Source: Takakia lepidozioides (taxonomy: Eukaryota > Plantae > Bryophyta). From it: DNA of 64,000 bases. Location of the stretch: positions 71,796,001 to 71,860,000 of the forward strand of contig CM060731.1 of NCBI GenBank assembly GCA_030704615.1, read 5' to 3'. The notes below the pieces were generated by a model that saw only the letters and a program-made list of their open reading frames with translations, ran no database searches and was not told where the DNA came from. Positions 1-10,215 of this stretch are shown piece after piece (position 1 is the stretch's first letter; each line of letters starts with the position of its first letter). The position numbers were made by a program, and so were the translations under genes.

Positions 1-930
1 CTGTGATTCACCTGGGGTTCCACAATCCTCACTAACCTGTTGGTTTTTGTGGGGGCTTGTGATGGGACCAGGTGAGGATCCTCACCTACTTTGAAGTTTC
101 TTGAGCATGCAAATTGGGATATGGGCTGAGGAGACCTAGGGTTGTGCGCGTTGTGAGGTGGCTGCTGGCTACAGCCCCGATTTCAACACAACTGTCCTTG
201 ACTTGATATGCTCCAGCCTGCGTTCTGGCCTTTGTCGTTCTGCCGCCGATGCGCAACTCGGCCTGACGGGCTTGTTTCCTGAGGCTTGCATACAAACCAT
301 ACCCTCCCTTTTAATCTTTGACAGCAAAGCCTGTGGATTACTAAGCTAGGTTGTAAGTTATTTTGGCCAAAGAGGATCTGATTTTTGGTGGTATGTTTTT
401 GGCGGTTTTGGGTAACTATGGATCTGATGGCCTTGAAGTTCGCAGCCTGGTAGGGTACTGCCCTGCTCCTTGTCAGGCCTACTTTTGATGTATACTGGAT
501 CGTAGTAAGGTGTTCTTTGCATGTCTTAGCATGGAACTCTTGAAGGATGAGGATGGTAAGCTGCAATGGAATCCTACCTATTGTTTTGGATTTGTCATGA
601 CATCAGGCCAATGACCTGCCATCTGTTTTTTTATACAAAAGATGATGGATCTCGGTTGTTCATGCTGTTTGTTGGTACAAGTCTTGAACCTGCAATCTGA
701 CAGGCTGCATTCACATTCCCTTGATACCTTGTATGATCGCATGTCTCGGGGTGCATACAAATGATATGGAATCTACTTCATCTGGCTCAAGTTGGACTGC
801 TTGGTGGGATACTGAGATTCTGACAAAATGCAGGCTGGTCCTTATGCCTTGGCTGATGCATGACCTGCCATAATTAATGGCTCAATTGGTAAGTTGCTGG
901 TATATGTACAGGCTGAACCAAGAGGCCTTG
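1..930. repeat. Unclassified dispersed repeat 'X', copy 1 (window starts inside it)
   Basis: 1-81 matches 53897-53977 at 79/81 nt. Downstream sequence aligns loosely (by eye) to 53978-54585 and 62971-63525, e.g. CTACAGCCCCGATTTC, GCCTGTGGATT, CAGGCTGGTCCTT, CCAAGAGGCCTTGCA. Confidence 0.7.
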
Positions 931-1268
931 CAGCATGCACAGGGACAACAATATCTTATCTTGTCCCACACAAGAACAAACCCCGCCCTCCCACCCTGTT
1001 TTGTCTTGGATGATTGGGTGGTGTCTTTTGGGATGATTTGACAAGACTGGAAATGTGAGATAGTGCCCTATCCAGGGCTGTTTATGTCTTTAATTGACAA
1101 TGACCCTTATGGGTCTTGTCTATGTCTTAACATGACGTGAATATCTTCCCTCTCTCCCTGTTCCAGTGTACTTAGTGGTGTTTGTACACACCATCTACCA
1201 TCTTCTTTTCTTGTTTCTGATTCACCATGGTATCATACTGACATGGTTTTTTTTGGCTGACCTGGCAG

Positions 1269-1601
1269 AAAGCCAGCAAGGTTGTGCTTCAATGGAAGGA
1301 TGAGCTTAAAGCACTTGGATATCAGCTGCCCCTACCGCTTCCAATTCCAGCGGTGCAAGCTACACTTGCACACATTAAACCAGGTGACTTCCATGCCACC
1401 TTACAAAAGCTGGAATTTGAAGCTTTCGAAGAAGCCAGTGATAACCGGCCTGTCTTTTTACTTGAGACCTTAGCTTTGGATGATTGAGTTGCTCTTGGCA
1501 TTTCAGCGAACAAGAATGGGAAGTGGTTGGAAAAAATCCAGAAGTACCATTCTAAGTTGATGGAGATTCTGGATGATGATACTACTGAAACCCTATTTTA
1601 A
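1269..1601 (+). pseudogene. Probable ~110-codon terminal exon remnant, possibly SAM-domain-like, with an internal TGA
   Basis: T-rich tract and CAG acceptor at 1266-1268. Frame reads KASKVVLQWKDELKALG...LLETLALDD*VALGISANKNGKWLEKIQKY...TLF*. The single TGA (1485-1487) could be a decayed TGG; LxxLxxDWxxLGI resembles SAM helices (weak). Confidence 0.3.
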
Positions 1602-2009
1602 TTAATTCTGGACTTTTGGTTTAAATCCGGACTAAACTTAATATATATTTGTATTAAATTTAATTGAAATATTAATAATATCATGGCGTAATGTGTGATT
1701 GAACTTTGTGAAATTTCAAGTGATGTCATACTTGTTTCAAAATGTGTCATAGAAGAGGTCCATTTGACATTGAAGTGCTCATTGTGAAGTAGCAGTATTG
1801 AACAACGTCCACTTGGAAGTCGAATAAAATAATATTCCATTGCAGGTCATCATGATAAACAAATGGGTCGCATCGAACATGGGCCAAACTCGTACTCTAC
1901 CATACTCGATACAACTTGCTAGTAATTTTATTGATTGAATCTTCATATGAAACACAATGTTCACATACCACGCCATTGGAATGAATCATGTTTTGGATGT
2001 GACAAGGGC

Positions 2010-2790
2010 AGTAAAATATTAGAATAGCATGAAACATTCGGAAGAGGTACTAGGGTAGTACAATAAGGTTTGGGGTGTAACTAGAGAGAAGTGTAATAAT
2101 GTTTGGATTTACAGTAAGGGTAAGGGTTTAGGGTTTGGATTTAGGGTACAAAAAGACAAACAAATATGATGGACTCATACTCGGTAGAATTAAGAAATGG
2201 TTGAGGAATTTGATATCCCTGTAATCATTCTATCATACCTTATCCAACAAAAGAAAATATTAAAAGAGCATGAAACATTGAGAAGATGTAACATGGTAGT
2301 ACAATAAGGTTTGGAGTGTAACTAGGGTAGTACACTAAAATTATTGGTTTATGGTAAGATTAATGGTTTAGAGGTGATGGTAAAGGTAGGGTTTTCGGTT
2401 TGGGTTTAAGAACACTATTGGACAAACAAATATGGAAGACTCACAATCGCTAGAACTTGGTGTGTGTTAGAAGGATAAAAAAATAAAAATAAAATGGAGA
2501 AACAAATATTATGGAAGAGTCATTGGGTCGGAGAAGTATTTAGATTGAGGATTCGTCCTTGGAACCTGGTATTAAGATACATATGGCTATGGTATGGATA
2601 CTTCATTCCCATTTGCAAGGGAAGAGTAAGGATTTAGACGTAACAATGGCGTAGGGTTTTGTTTAGGGTTCCCGTTGAGGGTTTAGGGTTTGGGTTGCAG
2701 GCAGAAATGGTGAGCATACATGCCGGAAGACTCGCACTCGCTACAACTTAGTGTTGTTAGTAAGGTAGTACTAAGCAAAATAAAAATGAA
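2010..2790. repeat. Degenerate ~240-bp tandem repeat with telo-box-like TAGGGTT motifs
   Basis: AAAATATT..AGCATGAAACATT..GGTAGTACAATAAGGTTTGG.GTGTAACTAG occurs at ~2013 and ~2254. A third partial unit is at ~2680-2790. Confidence 0.55.
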
Positions 2791-3369
2791 GAACTGAGAA
2801 TGACATGCACAAGCAGCCTTCTCCAGAGCTGCCGGATTTGCACACGCATTGCAAACAATCTAAGGTTCACTCAACTATCTAAAGTTCACTCATCCAGCGA
2901 AGCTAGGATGAAGATGCAAAAACAAAGCGAGGTAACAAAGCGAAAGCAAAAAAGAAATCGAACAAACCGAAAGCAGAAGTGGCTTGCTCGGCTTTAGTTG
3001 GCGCGGGTTGTGAGCAAGACACTGGAATGTCCTGCTGGAGCTTCAGTTTGGCCATGCGAGAGATTGGCCGTCGTCCGTAGTACAGAGCTTTCAACTTCCG
3101 CCGCGGTCTGGATGTGAGGTCTCTCTCAGGAGAGCCATGCCCTTCAGGCGGCATAAGTCCCAGCCAAAAAGATCTCCGTTTTTGGGGTACATGCCTCGAA
3201 TAGCATGTTAAGCCAAGATTAGCATGAGATTTAGGGTACGTATCCAGGAAGCCATGTGTCGCCAGCCCGAATGAAAACCGACGGCGGTGGACATTTATTG
3301 CCCAACTGCGCAATTAAATGTCGGATGAAGCCCTCCATGTCGGATGAAAATCGACGTAAAGAGGGCCGG

Positions 3370-4960
3370 AATTTCCAACGTAGAGGTAATTCGGAGCGCT
3401 GCACGATGGAATTCCGACGCCGGATTTCCATCCGGCAGGTAATTCGGAGCGCAGCAGGATGGAAATTCAGTGCCGAATTTCCATCCAGCAAGGTAGGGCG
3501 GCGCTGGAAATTTCCCTCACGCAGGTAATTCAGAAGCGGATGGATGGAAATCTGGCGCCGGATTTCCATCCGCGCAGGTAGGGCGGCGCTGGAAATTTCC
3601 CTCACGCAAGTAATTCAGAAGCGGAGGGATGGAAATCCGGCGCCGGATTTCCATCCGCGCAGGTAGGGCGGCGCGCCAAATTTCCCTCACGCACGTAATT
3701 CGCAGGCGGATGGATGGAAATCCGGCGCCGCATTTCCATCCTGCAGGTAATTCGAATCCCGGATGGATGGAAATCCGGCGCCGAATTTCCATCCAGCAGG
3801 TAAGTCGGATCGCTGGAGTATGGATATTCGGCGCCGAATTTCCATTCACCAGGTATTTCATCGCTCAGAATTACCTTCCTCCAGGTAATTCTGATCGATG
3901 AATTACCTTCCTGCAGGTAATTCTGATCGATGGATTACCTTCCTGCAGGTAATTCTGAGCGAGGAATTACCTTCCTACCTTCATCGATCAGAATTACCTG
4001 CAGGAAGGTAATTCTGAGCGATGAAATACTTGGTGAATGGAAATTCGGCGCCGAATATCCATACGCCTGCGATCCGACTTACCTGCTGGATGGAAATTCG
4101 GCGCCGAATTTCCATCCATCCGGGATTCGAGTTACCTGCAGGATGGAAATGCGGCGCCGGATTTCGATCCATCCGGGATTCCACTTACGTGCTGGATGGA
4201 AATTCGGCGCCGGATTTCCATCCATCCGGGATTCCACTTACCTGCTGGATGGAAATTCGGCGCCAAATTTCCATCCGGAGGATGGTCTCTGTCGGAGAGG
4301 TTCCGGCCTCTCCGCCGCTCTGTTGGATATTCGGTGCCGAATTTCCGTCCGGGGGTTGAAATATGACGGCCAGGTGCCGACCTCTCCCCCCTCCCCGACT
4401 GCATCGGAACGGCCCCGGATTGAAATTCGGCGCCGTTTTCCCATCTGGGGAGGTTCTTATGTCGGCCAGTTTTCGGCCTGACCCCCCGACACGACTTCCT
4501 TTGGGGGGGCCCGGATGGAAATTCGGCGCCGAATCTCCATCTAGGGGATGCTCTCTGTCGAACACGTGCCGACCTCTACGCCCGAGTCGACTTCATCCGG
4601 GCGTCCCCTGTTCGATATTCGGTGCCGAATTTCCGTCCGGGGGTTGAAATGTGACGGCCAAGTGCCGGCCTCTCCCCCCTCCCCGAGTGCATCCGAACCG
4701 CCCCGGATGGAAATTCGGCGCCGTTTTTCCATCTGGGGACGTTTTTATGCCGGCCACTTTTCGGCCTGACCCCCTGACACGACTTCCTTTGGGGGGGCCC
4801 GGATGGAAATTCGGCGCCGAATCTCCATCCAGGGGATGTTCTCTGTCGCACACGCGCCGGCCTCTGCGCCCGAGGCAACTTCATCCGGGCTTCCCCTGTT
4901 GGATATTGGGTGCCGAATTTCCATTTGGGGGTAGTAATGTGACGGCACGGTGCCGGCTTC
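3370..4960. repeat. Left subterminal array of palindromic GGATGGAAATTCGGCGCCGAATTTCCATCC motifs
   Basis: ~85-bp tandem units (3491, 3576, 3661), a ~195-bp inverted repeat (3708-3902 / 3980-4174) and a 288-bp tandem duplication (ORFs at 4363 and 4651 are paralogous). Confidence 0.9.
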
Positions 4961-5228
4961 TCCCCTTCAGCCGTCATCATCCGGACGGCCCCCCACTTTC
5001 TGACTGCATACCGTTGGCAGTTATTGCGCAGAGACCAGGGGCCGCATTCCGGAGACAAGGTTCATTAACACTCTGACTGTGGATTTTTGAGATAGTTGGC
5101 TCCCTGGATTTGGATCAGGCTTCATCGCTCGGACAAATCGGCATCGCATTCATTCCCATCGCTGCATCCCCCTTCTACCAGGGAGCTTCCCCGCACGCCA
5201 TCCTGGCAGTCTTGTGTGCACATCTCCC

Positions 5229-8200
5229 ATGGCGGAAAACTCGAGCGCTACAGTGTACTGCCCTCCTCACGAGCATAGAGCTTCATTTCCGTGCAGAGGG
5301 GACATCTGCCGGGTGATGGAGAAATATCTGTGCGTTGTATACCACCTGAAACCGGGGTCGGTTTTTTTGGAGGAGGAAAGGAAGGCCTCTAACGGCCTTG
5401 TTGTCGAGAGTATTGTTGTGCTCCACGATGATTTCGGCGATGGTAGGGAATGGCGAGTTCCACCATCGGACAACGTCATATACAGGGCTGTTGGGGACTT
5501 CATTTGCCCGCCAAATGCACCTTCTATCCTGGCGCCTTCCACGAAACAATCCGCGAATCAGAGAGTGGCTACCTCAAAGAGAGAAGTCCGCAACGAAGTA
5601 AATCCAGAGCCGAACCCATCCATGAAGACGAGCGAGAACCGGGTTGTTCACAACCTGTCCGACTCAGACGAGGTCATGGAAGTTCCGAGGTCGTCCTAGA
5701 GATCAGGCAAGTCCTCAATGGACGTCAGTGGAGGAGGGAGTCATATTCCCAGCACGAGCACCGCAGTTCGATCTATTCTTGAAATTCTGCGAGGGCTTCA
5801 CCTGGAGGGACACCGGTCGGAGCTGGCCAGGCTGGACTACAGCAAGTTCGCAATTAAATCGGTTACATGCCTTCCCGCCGACGTCGACGGTAATATCTTC
5901 TTTGAGTTCCCTCCTCGGGCGGACTACTCGAGGGCGTCCAGAATGTTGACAGATATGGATAGAAAACATGACGGTCATCCTTGGTGCGTTACCAAAACCA
6001 CCAGCATGAAGATGCTCGATGGTGTGCGGGTGCGCTACGTTGTTTGTGCGGGCGCGTTGCGGTGTTTCTCCCCAACTTGCTTCCATTTTAAATCCAGAGG
6101 TCACAGGAACGAGACCGATTAGACAGGCACAGCTCATCAACCATTTCGAGCTCAGGAGAAGGTTCCGAACTCCACATTTAAGTGTGCACATTGCAAAGAA
6201 CCACCACACTGCATGTCTGCTTGTAATGCCAAGCAGTTCTATGTGTTGCACCGTTTCCCTGACCTCACCCGAGCTTGCATACACGTTGGTTCCCATTGTC
6301 ACAAATTGGCGAGGGGGAACTCGCGGGAGGCTGCCCACGAAGCAGAGCAGCTCGTTCAGGAGGAGGTTAAGTTGAGACCGGGTGCCAAACCCAAACAGAT
6401 ACAGCTCCAAGCCGCCCATAAGATGGCATTGGCCAGAATTATGTCGGAAGACGGCTCCGATAGAGTTCTTCTCGACGAGAAGGAAATGGAGGCATTGCTG
6501 GAGTCGGTGTCCCACGTATGTTCACCGAATGTCCGAAACCACATTGTCTCATGCAAACAAAAAATTGGGCGTGGCTCGGATATGCACTCCATTCTGGAGG
6601 TGAAGCGACGATGTGGATATGACTACATTCATGGAAGTAGGTTTCCAGGACAAGGGACTGAGGCAGATCGTTGTTTCGTATTCAAAATGTCCACGTGTGG
6701 ACCTGGCAGCGGCGTCGAACTGGTCGACAGGATGACGAGTGGGAACTTGTCAAACAGTTGGGTCATGTTCGACCATATCAAGCGAATTACAAATCACCAG
6801 TGGGTGACAATGGGTGCACATGTCTACGACACCCACTGCAAGATGCTAATGACAATTGCTATTTGTGAGATGAAAGGAGAGGACACACAATCGGAGATGC
6901 TTCTTTGGCAGGGAATAAACGAACAGATGGCCAAGGCGGGATTGCCCCCTCCCAATTTCCGTGGTTTCATGGCGGACAACGCACAAGCAAATTGGGCTGC
7001 CATCCGAAGGGTGTACGGGCAAGACCCCAATGTTCCCATGGAAGGCAAGGAGAGATCTTGTGGGTTCCATTTTCTGCAGAGCCTTTCGCAGTACACAACC
7101 AGGCTCGTGGCGCCAGATTTCAGAGAGGAGCACCGTTCCATGTGCCTTGCGTGGAAGCGCGCTCCCACCTTGGATGATGCAGAGACACAGTTTGCATGCA
7201 TACGGGCTTGGTGGACATCGTCAGGTGCTGTAAGGAAATCAGACGAGGGAGCAATGGTGAGTTGGCTAGCATGGTGGCATTATCGTTTCCTCCAGTTCGG
7301 CGACTATATGCGGGAGGTGAGTTGCACGAATTCGCGTCCCGTTGAATATTATTCTTGGCCATATTTGTAACTTGCTTGTAACCTCAACATGTGCTTGTGC
7401 AGGAAATGTGTCTCGACTCCGACACCGACATGCCCACGACAAACATGGCCGAATCAGTGCACTCTTCCTGGCGTGCCTCCTCTGCGGCGCATCTGGTGGA
7501 CATCCTCACTGCCACAACGGAGGACATTGTGAGGTCAATTATGCAGCAATGCAGGTACAACGAGTTCTTGAAAGGGAAACAGTGGGGCTTGGGGCCGGAC
7601 AGGCAGGAAATGCTGATGCGGACTGCCTCTAGATCGAAGAATCCTCGGAAGTGGGCGGCGGCCTTGCGAGAAGGCCTTCGGGACACGCCATTGCTGCGAA
7701 GAGGCCAACATTTGGAAGGAGATGTTCATACCCGTCCAGTGAGACGAAGACTTGACGAGGCACCTGGTGGAGAAGAGGATTCATGGCGAGCTGACAAGAA
7801 TATTCGCACGCTCCCTCGTGGTCCGGTGATGTTGCCTGAGGAGGTCTCGTCGAGCACCGCAAGTCCTGCACGTTCAAGATCGCCATCTCCTTCGAGCACA
7901 GGGCGCGTGCCCCGGCAACATAACGAGCCATCTGTAGTAAAGCAGTACAACATTCCCATTGTGGAGACAAGAGTGTCGGAGTCACAGTGGAGAATTGCGA
8001 GGACATTGCCAGCATTTCGAGGGAAGTGCTGCGCCATCCGGGTGGATACGAGAGCACGCTGTGGTGAGATGATTCGGAGGAACCCACATGGTGCTGTACC
8101 TGCACCTTGTTTCAGCGGCAGATTTTTGACTCCCACATTTGCTCACGCCACAACGCAGACATTTTGGTTCTGTAGGCACGACATAATGACCTGTGTATTT

Positions 8201-8821
8201 GGCAAGCCCAAGTACGGGATTCAGGGAATGCCGGAGCCTCTGGGTGTCTGGCCTGTTGCACCGGGTTGCAGCCTCTCTCAGAATGAGGCGAATGCTCTAT
8301 CTGCAGCAGGATTTCGAATGGTGCAACGCACAGACATCCCGGCCCACGCATTTCCGGTTCCTCAGACCCAGCCATTGCAGACTGCTCGGTCCAGTAGAGA
8401 CGGATTGGACAATTCTGCACATCCCGCAATGCGATTCGGAAGAGTGAAGAGACGACACCCTCCCAACAAGTTGAATGAGACTCGGATTGCCAATGCTCTT
8501 GGGATGGCTTGCACTATTCAGAGCTCCGTGGACGTACCCCCACCCGGCCTTGGGCGTGTGTATCGGATGGCAACGGCCGGCTCGGCTGTACGCGACGATG
8601 TATACACAATTACGATTGGAGTGGAGCCGACTTGCAATTGTACGGACTTCTCGTTGATGGAAGCAAAGAAGGGTTCGAAGTATTATCCGTGCAAGCATCT
8701 GTATTACATTTACCTGAAGAGGTTGAGGATGAACGTGACTATTGATGACTTTATTCATGCACCGGCGTTGAGCGTGAACGAGCTGCACAAACTCCTCCTT
8801 AGGGATTCCAGAAATCATTGA
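5229..8821 (+). pseudogene. MULE-type DDE transposase (~1170 aa, 2 exons: 5229-7316, 7403-8821) with GCM-like zinc DNA-binding domain and C-terminal SWIM finger; two in-frame TAG stops
   Basis: ORFs 5214, 5718 and 6213 share one frame, separated by TAG at 5697-5699 and 6120-6122. Motifs: CAGALRC..C / CAHC..C / HVGSHCH (GCM/WRKY-like), WVMFD, FMADNA, CGFH (CxxH), TTNMAES (E), CNCTDF...CKH (SWIM). Confidence 0.85.
7317..7402 (+). other. 86-bp phase-0 GT-AG intron in the MULE transposase
   Basis: GAG|GTGAGT donor and TGCAG|GAA acceptor. Splicing joins the CxxH region in frame to the catalytic-E exon. Confidence 0.75.
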
Positions 8822-8974
8822 TGGGGCAAAGGGAATCCTCCATATGGATATTTTCAATTGCATTTTGATGTATCAGACTTTTTTTTGCAGTGTAATGAAA
8901 TGCACCCCAAAACTCCTGGAATGAGGCAATATTCCATTCAAACTGAGATCCAACAGAAGCAGTTGTGGGGCCAT

Positions 8975-9335
8975 TTCTGGAAAAATGGCGCCGAATTTCT
9001 CTTTTTGGGGCCGAAAATTGGCTAAGTCCCAACATGCACTGGTACCTGTGTCTGGGAAAATGGCGCCGAATTTCTCTTTTTTGGGCCGAAAACTGGCTAA
9101 GTCCCAACATGCACTGGTACAGTGTCTGGAAAAATGGCGCCGAATTTCCCTATTTTGCGCCGAAAACTGGCTAAGTCCGAACATGCACTGGAAAAATGGC
9201 GCCGAATTACCTGTCATGAGGGGACCTATAGCCGCGGAATTCGGCACCATTTTTCACCAGAGAGACCTATTACCGCGAAATACGTCGCCGTTTTTTCAGG
9301 TTACGGACCCTATTACCGCGAAATTCGGCGCCATA
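8975..9335. repeat. Right subterminal array (~74-bp unit x3 plus degenerate copies)
   Basis: Repeated AAAATGGCGCCGAATTTC...TGGCTAAGTCCCAACATGCACTGG, with the same core motif as the left array. Confidence 0.85.
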
Positions 9336-9424
9336 TTTGCACATGTCGCTGGGAATTGGCATGAGCGGAAGACGAAATATCATGAGCACAACTGTCAAAA
9401 CTGCAAGTTTCCCTTCAAGGGGCC

Positions 9425-9955
9425 TGTCGTGCGCATACATATCACTACACAACTACATCGCTGTCCAAACCACACCACACATATATGCACAATAAAGTAG
9501 TCTGCCACAATAGATAAGAAAACTAGAAAAACACACTGTTTACACAAGAAAACAACATGAATCCAACAGCATCACTCTTTAAGATAATAGTCGAGCCAGG
9601 GGCACCCCAAGCTATGGGGACTCCACCCCACAACAACCTACACTCTCATCATAAGCACACTCAGATCTGAAGCGATGAAGGAGCTCGGTCGCGCAGGCTC
9701 AACTCGAGAGAGATGAGCTGCGTGACTGCCGCTCTCGTGAAGATAAGACGGACCAGGTGTCAAACTAAACTTGACACCTGATTTAACACTTGACCTAAAT
9801 CCAAGTGTTAAATACAAATAACTAGTTTTATTCTAACTGTTTTCACACTGTGCTTATTTAACTTGACAGCTGTCGTGCGCATACATATTGCTACACAACT
9901 ACATCGCTGTCCAAACCACACCACACATATATGCACAATAAAGTAGTCTGCCACA
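9425..9955 (-). repeat. Split terminal repeats: B1 (9871-9955) - GC - A2 (9512-9868) - AT - B2 (9425-9509)
   Basis: B1 and B2 are 85-bp direct repeats (TGTGG...CGACA) matching 62886-62970. A2 (TGTCAAG...TTCTTATC) matches 54586-54939. Confidence 0.92.
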
Positions 9956-9966
9956 ATCGCCCCCCT
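9956..9966 (-). other. Polypurine tract plus AT preceding repeat B1
   Basis: AGGGGGGCGAT on the minus strand directly before TGTGG; identical at 62875-62885. Confidence 0.8.
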
Positions 9967-10215
9967 AGCTGGTGGATAGGTCCCTCTACCTCCAGATAGC
10001 TACAAGATGTAATAGCCACAGCCGTACTAAGTCCTCTATCACTGTCCCTATTCTACTCAAACTCTATAGACCAAGAGGCCGGGTACAAGAGTAGCCCCAT
10101 CGTTAGTCGCCGTCTTGCAATCTGTGAACTTGAGCCAGGATCTCGTGTGTTCAAGGTCTCCTAGTAGTTGGGCCTTGCGTTTCTTGTTAGCCTTCCATGG
10201 TTGTATCCACTCCCA

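Larger units (their letters stand above)
3370..9340 (+). mobile_element. Mutator/MULE-superfamily DNA transposon (exact termini not resolved)
   Basis: MULE-type transposase flanked on both sides by arrays of the same GGCGCCGAATTT motif. No TIR pair or TSD was found; the right side abuts a retroelement at 9425. Confidence 0.7.

Noticed and set aside
2040-2700. Telomere or interstitial telomeric array
   Set aside because: Only isolated TAGGGTT motifs are present, with no tandem TTTAGGG run.
3370-4960. CRISPR-like array of palindromic repeats
   Set aside because: The intervening sequences are themselves repeated, spacing is irregular, there are no cas genes, and the context is a eukaryotic transposon.
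3231-5076. Many overlapping ORFs (MEIRRRISI...)
   Set aside because: Translation artefacts of GC-rich palindromic repeats that appear on both strands.
9425-9955. B-A-B read as an independent TRIM, or A-B as a solo LTR
   Set aside because: No matching TSD around either unit. B follows the PPT in both copies, and A is the 5' terminus of copy 2.
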